Shown here piece after piece: positions 26,236-40,879 of a DNA stretch of 64,000 nt. Positions within the stretch are counted from its first letter, which is position 1, and the number at the start of each line of letters is the position of its first letter. Source of the stretch: Eledone cirrhosa (taxonomy: Eukaryota); NCBI GenBank assembly GCA_964016885.1, contig OZ024741.1:347324001-347388000 (forward strand). Reading direction: 5' to 3'. Position numbers and translations under genes: made by a program. The notes below the pieces were generated by a model that was not told where the DNA came from, searched no databases, and saw only the letters and a list, made by a program, of their open reading frames with translations.

Positions 26236-27023
26236 GAAGTAGAGCCGATACTGCCAATCCAAAACATATTTAAAATAATTGCGATATAACAATTCTTATT
26301 ACAAATGGGACATAAGGAACCAGTCTTGTTCTCAGGAAATGAAAACCCATAACACCCTGGCTTATGGCTCAAATATTTAATGTTGTATTAGAACTTTTAT
26401 ATAAAAAAAAAGAAAATGGTTATAAATGGAAGAAAAGCCCTCTGCGTACACTAAATACGACAGCCAGATAACGGCAATTTCACCACCACCTCCACGACCA
26501 CCACAAATCCCAGCATAATAATAATATTTATCATTGTATCTCAAGTTTTCTCAAAATGTTTAATTCAAATATTAAGGAAATATGTCAACATGTATATTAA
26601 ACATTGGCAACAAACCGCATAGATACAAAAATATCAAACACACGCAATACAGTAGTAGCTACAGTAGTAACTACAGTAGTAGCTACAAACTTTAGCCAGA
26701 GACAAACAACGCTATCAATAGAGTACCACTATCCCATCACCACAGCCACCACTCCATCATTGCTACCACCACTATTCCCTTACTACCTTCTCTTAAGTTA
26801 AGAAAGGGGAAGGTAGCAGTAACACTAGATAAGGGAGAAGCTAACAAAAGATATAAATAGACTGACATAGTGACTCGGTCAAAAGAATATTTTGAACATC
26901 TCAAAGTAAACAACTACTCAGGCACTGAAGACACATAACAATAGAACTCCACCGGAATAAGCCCCAGCACTACCGGCATAGCCAACAACAACAACAAAGG
27001 CCAACATTATATTATATTAATAA

Positions 27024-30000
27024 TGTCTTTCTTAGCCACGCATGGCTCACATTAAGGAACCACTCATGATAATAACAATTTAAATACAAACAAAAAACCG
27101 TGACCAAGAAATACCGGGATGGCGGCCGACGGGGAATAGCCGTGTCTCTAGGGGAGGACGACACCTCTAGTCTTGGCTGACACTCGTCCTAGGAGTGGTA
27201 AGACGAAATGATTACCCCTTGGCGGTTCAGGATAAAACGCAACAAAATAAAGCCAATGTCAAATGACAAAAGCTCATACCGGATTGGCCGTCACTCATGT
27301 AAAAAATGACCGCGTACCTCAGCGCGGAACCAGCCTGGGTCGAAAAATCAGCTAATGGTTGAAACCTCCCCATCAATTCGGAGCTGGAGACCTCCCATAA
27401 CCGGAATACTCTTACTGTTGGCCCTACAAGCTCACCACCAAGAAATCCAAAGAAAAATAAAGAAAACTGGTAAAGGGAAGACAATAAAGAAGTCCTTGAG
27501 GCGTTCTACACTGCCATGTACTGCCCATCAAATAGATCGAATACAAAACAGACGTATATCAACTGGAAAAAGAAACATCCTGAAAACAGTGACTATATTG
27601 ACAGTAACACACTAGCTAATATACGAAGAAACATTGTCAAGAAGAAGTTACTAAATGACATAGAAATTGATCAGATCAAGCAATTAGCGCAAAGTCAACG
27701 ATGGGAAAATGAAACATGTGTCAATGAAAACAAAGTAAATTGCAACACTTTAAATCCCAGGGTCGGTGCGGAATCACTGACAGCAGAACAAATTAAAGAA
27801 AGGATCGAAAAAGTGGAAGGAGTGCATGCTCAAGATGAAACTCAAAATGAAAACAATGAGATTATCAATGAAAAAGAAATGAATGTGAATAAATTGGTCA
27901 ACTTGAAGAATAAAATTATGATCGAATGGATGAAAATGAAAGAATCTGACATGTGGGAACGAGACTCTCCCCCTAAGATCCAGAAGTCCAAACAAAATAC
28001 ACAAGACTAACATAGCTCTCAAAATCATTATCATCACAAATAAACTAAACATTACTCATCTAAATCATCACTACTATGCATCGGCTAAAGACACCACTCG
28101 CATATGTGGAGTGAAAATGAAAAAAACAGGAATTCCCACAAAAAACCTACTTGGCAAGAGAACAGCAATCGCCAAATAAAGCTTCTCCGATCTGACATAG
28201 AATCTTTATCAAACTACGAAGTAGGTGAACATGTTAAATAAACTAATCTCAGAAAATTTAAAATAAAATACAATATAAAATCAACAAGATATGCTGATAG
28301 AAACAATCAAGCAAAAAGTGTCGGCCAAAGCTTTGAAAAACGCTTTAGATTCTATAAGGACAATAATTTGTTCAAAAACAAAATAAAAACTTCTACCAAA
28401 AAATTGGCAAGTCAACAAAAACTGCTAAATCCACCCAAGAATTCTGGGATATGATCTGGGCCAAAGAAAAAGTTCATAATGCATTCCCTATGGATAGACA
28501 GAAAATAAAAGATACAGCTCACCTTGAGGAACAAACATGGGAAAATATAACAGTTGAACAACTGCGTGTAGCTCTTAGAAAATCCAGCAAATGTAAATCC
28601 CCAGGGAAAGACAAAATACCAAATTTTTGGATAAATGCCTTCACAGAGTCTCATGAGCTGTTGGCCCAACTTTACAATGAAATGGTTAAAGAGACAGAAA
28701 AGATACCATCGTGGCTAGTTAACGCCATTACATTCCTACTTCCGAAGAATGATGAGACAAATAATTCAAAAAATTACAGACCGATAACTTGCTTGACCAC
28801 AATGTATAAAGTTTTAACATCAGTCCTAACTGAATATACATATGACCACCTGATAACAAATGACCTATTTCCCATTGAGCAGAAAAGGTGTAAACGAGGC
28901 TCATATGGCTGTAAGTATCAGCTTTTGGCTAACAAAATGATACTGGAAGATTGTCATAATAGACACACAAATCTATCAATTGCTTGGATAGATTACAAAA
29001 AAGCATTCGATAGTTTGTCATACAGTTGGATTGAAAAGTGTTTAGAGATTTTCAAAATATCTCCCGTTGGCTGGATGTTCCTGTCATTCAGTATGAAAAC
29101 ATGGAAAACAACACTCCTTTTGAAAAAACAAATTACTGGAAACTGGAGAAGTTAATATTAATTGTGGAATTTTTCAGGGTGACTCTTTATCACCGCTTTT
29201 ATTCTGCATCGCCCTTATACCATTAAGTAAAATGCTCAATGAAACAAAACATGGATATAAAGTCTATGTCAAAACCATTAATCACTTGTTCTACATGGAT
29301 TACCTGAAACTATTTGCAAAAGATGATGAACAATTGCAAGGACTATTAATCATTGTGGAACAGTTCAGTGATGACATTAAAATGGAGTTTGGACTAGATA
29401 AATGCGCCAAAGCCACGTTCACCAGAGGAAAGCTACTGAGAAGTTGAGACATTAATCTTGATCAGGGGAATATGATAAGAGAACTTGATCAAGAAAAAAC
29501 ATATAAATATCTAGCCGTTTGTGAAGTAAATGATAAGGAAGGAATGTTACCAGAGAGTAAGAGCAATCATAAGAACGGAGCTGAATGCAAGGAATAGGAT
29601 CGATTCCATAAACACGCTTCCCATACCTGTAGTAACCTACAGTTTCAATGTCATCAACTGGTCAAGCACAGAGATCCGTAGGCTCGATACAAAAATGAGA
29701 AAATTCTTAACCATGCACAGAATGCATCGCCCTAAGGCAGATACAGATAGATATATATCCCTAGGAAAGAAGGAGGCCGTGGATTAATCCAGTTAGGTAT
29801 TGCTTTGAAAACTGCAACAATTGGATTATCTACATATCTAAGGGAATCACATGAGTGGATGATCAAACTCGTTTTGAAACATAAAAGCATCAGAAGATCA
29901 TATTCCATTACAAAAGATGCACAAAATAGAATAATGAACTACAAATTTCAGAAGTTCCCTTTACTGCTGAAATAAAAATCAAAGGAAAAGCAAAGGGGGT

Positions 30001-30950
30001 AAGAGTAACTGCAAAGAAATAACTGCTACAGAAACTGTCTAAGAAATGGTAAGAAAAGCCTCTGTATGGAAACTACCCAGAAAGAGCTAACAATCCTGAT
30101 GTTGACAAAACATGAACCAATCAGTAGTTGGCGTCATCTGGACTGAAATCGGATTATATCAGCACAAGATCAGTGTCTACCAACAAAATATAATCATGCC
30201 GACATCATAAAAAATGGATGCAACCCATTATGCCGTAGTACGTAAAAAAACAACCAGAGACCATTGATCATATAATTTCAATTGGCAGTCCTATAGCTCC
30301 AACCGAATACCTAAACAGGCACGACAGAGCTGCACAATACAATCATTGGGTAATGTGTAAGCAATTTGACCTGCCCCATCAAAAGAATTGGTGGGAGCAT
30401 CAACCACTTCCCGTACTCGAAAAAGATCACATCTCAATCTTATGGAACTTTAGCATTCAAACAGACCGAAAAATAGATGCAAATAGACCTGATATAATAT
30501 TGAAGGACTTTCAAAAGAGGGTATGCCTGCTAATTGATATGTCCGTTGCAATAGACAAGAATCTATCTATAAAAAACATTTGAAAAATTGAGCAAGTATA
30601 AAGACCTGCAGATAGAAATTTGAAAAATGTGGAAGTTGAGAACTAAAACAACACCAGTGGTTGTAGGCGCTCTAGGAATGATACCAAAGGGATCTAATGA
30701 TTACTTATCGCAAACCCCAGGAAACCCGCGTATAGAAGAAATACAAAAGATAAAACTAATGTGAACTGCCCATATACTGAGGAAGATTCGTCAATATAAA
30801 TACATCACAGTTCTAAACACCAAAAGATACATGTATGTGTGTATGTTTTCTTTCTTGAATATGGCAAACCTTGTTGTCTCCTGAGGTCACTGGTTGTGAC
30901 TTGGAGATAACTCGTATGAGCATAAAGCAAGATAATTGAAATAATAATAA
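27024..30950 (+). mobile_element. R4/Dong-like LINE family B copy 2, full length but heavily disrupted
   Basis: Reverse-complement homologue of 11903-15935 throughout (ORF pieces 27516-30583). Ends in (TAA)n. Confidence 0.9.
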
Positions 30951-31479
30951 TGTTTCCACTTTAGGCACAAGGCCTGTAATTACCCAGTGCATTACTAATA
31001 ATGATAATAATAATGGTTTATTTATTGGCCACAAGGACCAACATATAGGATACAATAGAATGGATGGGGACAATAGAATGGTATGGTGGTTTACATAAAA
31101 CACCGAGTAAAAATATGTACAAAAACAAAATCATTTAACAAATACAAAAATGCAATAGGCAACGGTTTATCGGCTGTTAGTTATTGCCGTAAACATGACA
31201 CAATGTACGAGAGTGGGACGGGTTCTGATGGTAGATATTTAGAATGACCGTATTCACTTGATAATTGATGATCAAAGTATCGTATTTGAATTCATTTTAA
31301 ATGCAATTACATATTAATGATGGTGAAAATTCAAATTTATTCTATGAATGTGTTCAGATTTAACGCAACTCCAGAAATACATATAGAATAAAGACACATG
31401 GTTACTATATAAACGTCAGAGAAGTAAACATATAGCATATATTCAATAGATATTTGGAAGTGACGACTGAATGTGTATC

Positions 31480-31690
31480 GAGCCAGCCCTACTGGCTCGA
31501 GCTGGGAATGGAAATCTACGCCATCAAGGCCATGATTTATGATCTCGTTGAGAGCAGCATGGCATGAGAGGTGGCCAGTACAGTAACGGCACGACAGCAG
31601 GTAAAAATTGGAAGAATCCAGAATGGTACCAGAGCAGCATTTCTGTGTCTCACAGACGTGGTGTCTGAGCATCAGGTAAACGAATATGCG
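31480..31690 (-). mobile_element. CRE-like non-LTR retrotransposon fragment (zinc knuckle / RLE start)
   Basis: Translation QKCCSG..LLSCRYCTGHLSCHAALNEII..LEPVGL matches the CxC..H.LSC..GR..RHAALND..LEP.GL pattern I recall for CRE-clade elements. Confidence 0.65.
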
Positions 31691-32559
31691 CAAGCTAGGT
31701 TATGTTTCCATTGCATTACTTCCTTGATCATTTAGGAAGAGTTTCCAATGTGTCACTATCATATTATTAAAAACATGGATCTAACACTGACAGATATGTT
31801 GTATAATAATCTATTATTTTGTGATAATTTGTTTATTATCGATTTTTACCAATTTCTTCTATGTTTATGAATATTAAAGCGGTTTCACAACATTAGTAGA
31901 ATCTTTAAAACAAACCTCGTGTACTTGGAAGGCATTTAAACATTTCGTTTGAACACTAAACCGTGAGTGCAAAAGTTATCGCCATAGAAATTGTATAATG
32001 TTTCATGCTTCGTCTTTCACACGCTGGTTTGTCATTGCAGCTTCGTGAAGGTAGAATTCCAGAAACTTTTAAATATTTTATGCACAGATACATTCAAATT
32101 TCTATTTTATCTTCATGCAAATATGAAGGAAATTTAATTCAATTTACATAAGAGCTTTCAGATAAAGTTATTCGCAATGTTCAGTAGATATAATAAATTA
32201 CAAATTTCAAAAGCCTAACGCAGTGAAACTTCCAGGAGTGAAAAAGAAAAATTGAATTCGTTTTTATGACGAAGGAATAGCTCTGTAGCCACAGGAAAAG
32301 GTTAATTATTTAACGTTAGTAGCATATCATATGAATTTCTGTAAAGAGCTAAGGACCACCAACAACGATGTTAAGATATATTTGTTATAGAAATGGCGGG
32401 CGTACCAACACATTAAAAAATTCATCTTAACTGCCAGGCGTTTATACATGCTAATGAAACGACAAATGTTCACGCAGAAAATACATACATTTCAAATGCC
32501 TTCTGTTAAACCGCAAACATAGCTTACATATGTAACATTTCTCTAAAGAAGTAAATTCC

Positions 32560-34000
32560 TTTGTCGGGTCAACGAAGAAATACGAGGATCAAATGCATCC
32601 AAATATGCTACTGAATTATCCCAGCCGACTAAATGGTGCAAAGTTCTCATAGTCGTCGTTAATGGTGCACGTGTGTCAGAAATCGTGATATCGCTGACAG
32701 CTCTCACATTCATATCTAGTGTACTGAAGTCGTTCAGCAAGCGACCCTAATTCCAGGATGTCCCCAAGCCACCAGAATGTTGTGCACCCTACTCTTACGA
32801 TAGCTATGTTGGCTGGTTGATCAAAAGAGAAAGGTTTACTTGTTTGCGGGGCACGTGTGGAGGTTGGGTGGTTCCACCTACAGGTTTGGATGCGTTTCTC
32901 TTGGGAATCCATGTAAAACCCTGCATGTGGCTTTCACATTAGGAGTCCCCTTGTCGTATAGACAGCTACTTTCAATTTATTTCCTTCGTGCTATTATGTA
33001 CATTAGATTTTCTTTGTCCCTCTTACAAGTGTTCTGTTTGTTTACTGTGTAGTTGTGGTTTTGTTTATTTTCATTTGTGTTGTGGTAGCGGTGGTTGTGT
33101 TGGTGTTGTATATGTGTCTGTGATCGTTATGAGTGTGGTGTCTGTGGCCCAGTCTTTTCTTAAAGTTTTTCTTACTTCCTGAATTACGCATCCCAAGAGT
33201 TACCATACGTTCGTCCCTGGCACGAACCTGCGAATGTGGATCTTCACCGTACTTCTACCTATGTGGAAGAGGTATCTGATAATGTGGTCCGTTTTACAGT
33301 GGGCCACCGATTTTCTCAGAGCAGGCAAAGGCCTCAGGTTGAACAACAACATGATAGTTCCGAAATGTTTAGCCCTTGCTATGTATTCAACATCTTCTCT
33401 CATGCATTTCAGAGCTGCCTCAAATTCAGATTATGGTCCGCTATAAAGGTTTGCTCTGAAATGTATCCTTCTTTCTGCTACTGCCATTATTTCAGCCGGG
33501 ATCATTAGGTTGGACCAGAATTTATCTCTATGAATGAGTCTCCATGCCTGGTTCAAACTTTCTTTCGTATCTGAGATATCAACTTGAAACAATTGTTTTG
33601 ATTGTGCATCCTCAGCTGCAAATGAGTTGTTACTAGTCGTTCTGTTGTTGTTGGTGGTGTTTTTGTTGCCGATGTTTTTGTTGCAGTGTTTTTCACCCTT
33701 GTTGTTGTTGTTGCTGTTGTTATTACTATCGTTTTTGTTGGTGATGCTGCTGGTGTTGTTCATTTCTTAGTCGGCGTTGTTGCTGTCGTTTGTTTTATTT
33801 TTGTTGTTGGTTCTGCTGTTGTTATTAGTGTTGGAAATAATGCCTAAAATGGTGCTATTTTTCCTAATGGATGTAAAAAGGGTGCAATTCTTCTCAACGT
33901 TTGAGCTGCTGTCCCGTGACAACTGCTTCAAACTGAGGAGGCGTATTCTATCCATTTTTTTTTTTTACTGTAAAGATATAAAAAAAACATATAGTTCGGA
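32560..34000 (-). mobile_element. Degenerate L1/Tx1-like LINE 5' portion (ORF1 + start of APE), related to the 5884-11900 element
   Basis: Asn-rich stretch (33431-33955). ARAKHFGTIMLLFN..GRSTVKIHIRRFVPG aligns with TRGKKYATVVVLFA..RQKIVRVKLTHIPPG, and LNDFSTLDMNVRAVSDITISD aligns with LNDLRSLNIDVVAISETRISE. Confidence 0.7.
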
Positions 34001-34109
34001 TATTTGTGCCCTCGTCGTGAATATTATGGAATTGTCTTTTCACAGGGCAGTGAATGCCATATAAATAGTTTGTAAAAAATATTATTAAACAAATTCCATT
34101 TTACAGAAA

Positions 34110-34305
34110 TAATTGTTTCTACTTTTGACAGAAGGCCAGCAATTTGGGGAAGTGGGAAGCCGATTAAATCAACCCCAGTGTGTGACTGGTACTCTTTTTA
34201 TCTTTCTCGTAATTATGAAAGGCTAAACTCGGCGGGATTTGAACTAAGAACGTAAAGAGCTGTACTCATATGCCAGGAGGCATGTTATCAAAAGCTCTAC
34301 CGGTA
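34110..34305 (-). mobile_element. Degenerate SINE (long subfamily)
   Basis: TTGTTTCTACTTT..AAGGCCAGCAATT..CTCGGCGGGATTTGAACT..CTCTACCG. Confidence 0.75.
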
Positions 34306-34732
34306 TGTTGGATGACATTACGGAAAGTTATAACTAAACTTCCTGCATGTTGGAAGTAAATCGCTCTACAAAGACAAATCAAGTGGGGATTTACCAGAAA
34401 AAAAAGGATGTGCTTGACAGGAACCACTGAATCTTTCCCAAAATCTTTTTTATTTATGACTATTATCCGTCACATAAAATAGTTTGTTCACCATAATCTA
34501 AAATAATGAAACCAGTTGAAAATCAGCCAGAGTTGAATAACTCCGACTAAATCAATAAGAGCAACAACTATGTATCAAATCGAAAAATAAAACAAAGAGA
34601 TTAGACACATAATAACACTCATAACATGTACTAATTGCTGATATATTACGAGCGTTCACACTATTATAAATACGTACCTAAGGAATGATTGATAGTCATA
34701 GAAATCAATGACAAACAAAACGAATAAAAATA

Positions 34733-34953
34733 CTGGTTGCTTATATAGACACAAGGCCAGCAATTTTGCGAGAGGGGAAAGTCGATGAAATCGACTCCAG
34801 TGCGTGACTGGTACTTTATTTTATCGACCCCGTAAGGATGAAAGGCAAAGTTAACTTCTGCGGGTTTTGAACTCAGATAATAAAGAGCCGTAACTCAATG
34901 CTGCAAAGCATAGCATCCGACCCTCTACCGATACTGCCAATCCACCGCCCTCC
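34733..34953 (-). mobile_element. tRNA-derived SINE (long subfamily) with 15-bp TSD
   Basis: SINE homology. AAACGAATAAAAATA at 34718-34732 and 34954-34968. Confidence 0.9.
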
Positions 34954-35933
34954 AAACGAATAAAAATAATAAAAGAAATAAGTATCTTGTAATTCTGCTG
35001 ACGATGAATACATTACGTAGTTTGAATTCAGGGGAGAAAGGCTGTTAATATTTTCGAGTCCAATGTTACAAATTGAGAATTAAAAAAAAAAAACGGTATC
35101 TAAAGAATATGAGGATATTATAAATAAAAAAAAAAGAAATCTGTTATTTACCCTTTAAGAACAACAGATAAATTTGAAAGTCATAAATGGAGGTGAGAGG
35201 GAAAGTTTGATAGTATATGCAAATTGTAAGACAAAGAAGATTAAACAATATATCCATGTGCAATCTGGGTTTAAAATATACTTTACTCTAATTTAAAACG
35301 CGATACCAGCGGACGAGCAAACCTACGATGCACACGAGGAAAGAAACAAATATCAGAAATCACTATAGAACACTTGAAGAAAGAATACACTACGAAAACA
35401 CGTGGTGTGAACAGAAAATTATATACTAATAGAGAAATATTGAGAAGAAAAAAAACAAAAAAATGTGATAGATTTAACATATGCAAACCAGATATAAGAA
35501 AAAACTACACACACACACACAAACAAACCATAATGTACATAGCGAATACTGACTAACAAAATCATATTGAAGACAAAACAACTAACGATACAGATTAAAA
35601 GGAATATCTGGGAAAATATTAATCTTTGAATTGGAACACATGTTCACAAAATTAACTATCAAAATATTCCAAAATATCTAAAAAATATAATATCTCAATA
35701 TAGATCAACATCTATAATTCTCAAAGATACAAATCAATGATAAATAGGAAGAACATAAAAACGTTAAACAGAAAGACTGTGAAATGTGAAAGTGATAACC
35801 GTTTTTAAACTGACAACCGTCATCCGCGCGGACAATATATGAGGAAGGCTGTGGTGTTTTCAGACTAGATGTTTAGGCATATACATACACACATACACAC
35901 ACACACACACACATGCACACACACACACACACG

Positions 35934-36008
<75 letters not shown>

Positions 36009-36352
36009 GATGTGTGTCAGAAAAGTTCCTGGACTGATGTCACCAATTTCTTAAATACGGCGGTTGCGGTGATAGTAGTTGGAGATTAATTTGGTGTTAT
36101 TGCGATTGTTGATTAACTTGATGATATCACAAATGGTGCTTCAAGTCATACCACGATTGTCGTTATTGTGGTCACTAACAATATTGTAGCTAGTGCCGTT
36201 TCAACTTGCTTGGCATAGACTCCCGGCCCGCCTATGACATCTCTCACAGCAAAACTATTAAATCCAGCCAAGTTCAATTCCAAACTTATGGGATAACTTG
36301 TAAACACAATGGATAACCTCTAGATGTTTATGCATATACATACATACACACA

Positions 36353-37486
<1,134 letters not shown>

Positions 37487-37515
37487 AAAGAATAGAGGTG
37501 TAACACACAAGTTAT

Positions 37516-37904
37516 TATATATTGGTAAACGGAATAGAAAATGCTGACAAATTGTTCACAGTTGAAAAATGGTTTAATTAGGAATAAAAGAGTATTAGTG
37601 ATTGTATGGGTTAGTATTCAGTTGTGGTTTTAAGTTTTTAAGTTTTTAACGGTTGCGCATTTCTAAATGCTTTTCAAAAATAATTTTGAGATAGAGTGTC
37701 CGTGCTGTTTGCTCTGAGCAAACAGCACGGACACTCTCTCTCAAAATTATTTTTGAAAAGCATTTAGAAATGCGCAACCGTTAAAAACTTAAAAACTTAA
37801 AACCACAACTGAATACTAACCCATACAATCACTAATACTCTTTTATTCCTAATTAAACCATTTTTCAACTGTGAACAATTTGTCAGCATTTTCTATTCCG
37901 TTTA

Positions 37905-37914
<10 letters not shown>
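37516..37914. repeat. 399-bp near-perfect palindrome (199-bp arms, 1-nt spacer)
   Basis: Centre GTTTGCTC-T-GAGCAAAC at 37715; only one mismatch seen (37692/37738). Confidence 0.93.
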
Positions 37915-37977
<63 letters not shown>

Positions 37978-37981
<4 letters not shown>

Positions 37982-39048
37982 AGTCCTCAACCAATTCTAG
38001 CGGCTTCCCGCCTACATTAGTAATCTTCTCTGGCTTCTTACTAATCTGTAACAGATATTTTGTCTTAATCTCATTCATTCTCAGCCCTACATCGATCGAC
38101 ACAGTCTCCACCTCCTGCATCAAATCCTCTGCCTCCTTCACTGTGTTTGTCACCAAAGCTATGGCGTTCGCAAATTCAGCATCCGATATCTTTTTGTCTT
38201 AACTCTCCTGCTCTGAGCCGGTGTCACAGTAAAGCCAGATTCCTGGTGTTTCTCCAGCGCAAGGCGCACACAATAGTCCACTACGATGATAAAAAGGTAG
38301 GGAGCCAATGTATCTCCCTGGAGCACTCCAGACAGTATCTCAAAGAACTCTGTCATCCCATCAGGGGTAATGACTTGAGCTCTGGTGTTGGTGCAGAGCA
38401 GTGATATCAGGTCCACTAGCTTCTTGGGGATTCCATAAGCCTGTAAGATCTTCATCAGGCAGTGACGGTCCACAGAAACAAAGGCCTTTATTTGGGAGCA
38501 AAGATTAGGAATACTGAAGATGATGTGGTCGAGAGGAAGAGCAAAGCCTGGACGGCATGCCACAGCTTGAGATCGGTGTGGAAGTCGAACCTTCGTAATG
38601 ACCTAAACATCTGCCTCTTCGTTGTGGTAGTGAAGTCTGTGCTGATGTACGGGTCTGACACTTGAACACTGACCAAGAAACTCACTCAGATGGTGGATTG
38701 GTGCCACCCGAGAATGCTGAGGATGGCTCTGAAGATTAATCAGTACACACTGAGGATGAAGAACTGAGAGCTGTACGGGGCCTCCCAAAAGTCAGTTCAA
38801 AAGTGTCACAGAGGAGACTGAGGTTAGCTGGACATGCGCCCCGACATCCAGTGTTGACACTGCACTCAGTGCTTCTGTAGGAGCCCCTACATGGACACAC
38901 TGGAATAGGAAGACAGAAGTTAACATATGTTGATACCCTAAGGACAGATACTGGTTTGTTGGAGACGCAGGACATGGCAACAATAATGAGGAACAGAGAC
39001 CGTTGGAGAGAACTCGTCCATGGATCTCTGGAATTTTACCCGCCCTAG
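37978..39048. mobile_element. RTE-clade LINE, 5'-truncated with 5' inversion (37978-~38485 minus; ~38486-39048 plus)
   Basis: Minus piece: KAF.SVDR..AYGIP..GVLQGDTLAPYLF..GLRMNEIKTK..VEDF. Plus piece: LYLGAKI..SVLMYGSDT..RRLRLAGH..R.RWR. (TA)n on both sides. Confidence 0.85.
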
Positions 39049-39228
39049 ATATATATATGTACGTCAATACTCATCTTTTTCCATTTCTCCGAGGGTTCTT
39101 AAACCCATTATCAGGCTAAATAATTTCTTTAATCTCTTTAGTCAAAATACGGCGATAGCTTACATTTATTATAATTTCAAACCCGCTCGGTGTTTCGAAA
39201 ATATTCTTACTTGATATATATATATATA

Positions 39229-40686
39229 CAAGTAAAGAGGCAGGTTGTATGGTTTTTGTAAACAAAGTGTAAGATGTTAATAGGGACGTAAACAAGGGAA
39301 GAAAAGTAGATCTTCATCAGTTGGTTACTGCGGTACATAGATGTTTCGACGCTTAAATCAGGCCATCGATCGGCAACGCGCCCGAGGCCTTTTATCCATC
39401 AAAGCACCATGAGGGAAAGAAATGATAGTGAAGAAAGAGGAAGACAGAAAAAAAGGGAAAGGGGAAAAACGAAGCAAACAAACCGAATGGAAGGGAGAAC
39501 ACAGGACAATGGCACATGCAAGTGAGTAACCGAGTAGAAAATAGAATAAGTTAAAATGTATCGATGGATTTAAACCCGGTGGCTGTATAACTGCGGAGTA
39601 AGGTTTTTCCGTGCTATCTCAGTAAAATGAGAGTAGAGTAGGAAAAACAAATTTTCATTTATAGACAAACACAATGCGTTATGAAGAGTGTTAAAATTGC
39701 CAAGATACCAAAAGAATCTTACCTTAGCAAATTTAACGATATCAAATATTTTCGGGTTTAAACCCTATTATCAAGGGAGTGACCCTATAAGAGACTTAAA
39801 ATCGATCGGAGAGACTTGTTTGTATTGGAGCAGATTTAAGTGAAAATGTTCACAATCTTCATAACGCATTGCGTTGGTCTTCAACATTTAAATTTGTTAC
39901 ATATATATATATATATATATACATAGAGAGAGAGAGAGGTAGAGCCCTAGAAGATAATATCCGTAGCGATAGAGCACTCAGACCATGGGACGGCTTTGGT
40001 AGAAGTAGTAACACAACAGTTAGTTCACCATACCGAGAACAATTGTTTCACATTATGCGGATCTTCAGCTCGGACTGGTAAAGGTTATACAGAACAGAAA
40101 GAACAACCGTATGAACGCGCATGCGCAGAAAAGGTCACTTCACGCAAGCGATACAAAACCACGGGCGAAACGTGTAAGGGCGATAACTGCGAATGTGCGG
40201 AATAAAATATTCAAGTTGATGATAACATTAGAATGTTGTTGTTATTCAATCCGGAGTTTTGTAGTTATGCAAGATATGTTTCCAGAGATGTGGACAACGT
40301 GAGAAGATTTCATTGCTTGAATTTAGGCAATCGCTATTGCGTAATCTCCTTAGAATATTTATCCTTTCTTCAATACACAGTCCACAAGACGGATTACCAC
40401 TTGCGACTGGCATGGACTTAGTGATAGATTTGCATCGATTGGAGTAGTCTATACCTGAATCGTTAAGGGACCATACAGGGCTCGTGAGCTTCTTGGATGA
40501 TCATTTGTCCGGGTACCTAAAGGTCGACTGAATGTTCAGGAGCGTTCCTTAAATCGACCCTCCGCCATACCCACATAGGATTTGACCTCCTGTGGTTGAT
40601 CTGGTGGGTTGGAAATGAACATATCTTCATAAACTGCAGCGGGTGTGTTGCAATGCTGTTGAAGGGGACAAGCTTCATGTTTGTAT
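39229..40686 (-). mobile_element. 5'-truncated Penelope-like element (Hydra-type GIY-YIG C-terminus plus presumed 3' pLTR)
   Basis: Manual minus-strand translation of ~40255-40680: ACPLQQHCNTPAAVYE..SYVGMAEGRFKER..VWSLNDSG..CGLCIEERINIL..LNSSNEIFSRCPH. Bounded by (TA)n. Extent of the pLTR is inferred. Confidence 0.7.
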
Positions 40687-40696
40687 TTATATATAT

Positions 40697-40879
40697 ATAT
40701 AGAAAAGCTTCTACAGGACTAGAACTGTTTCATTCGTGAGAAATCATCAGGAAGCAGTGATGATTTCTCACGAATGAAACAGATCTAGTCCTGTAGAGGC
40801 TCTTCTATATTAAAACTGTTATACTCTGCTATGTATTGAGTACCTTACTTACTGTGGTTACTTCCGATTCAACCCATAA

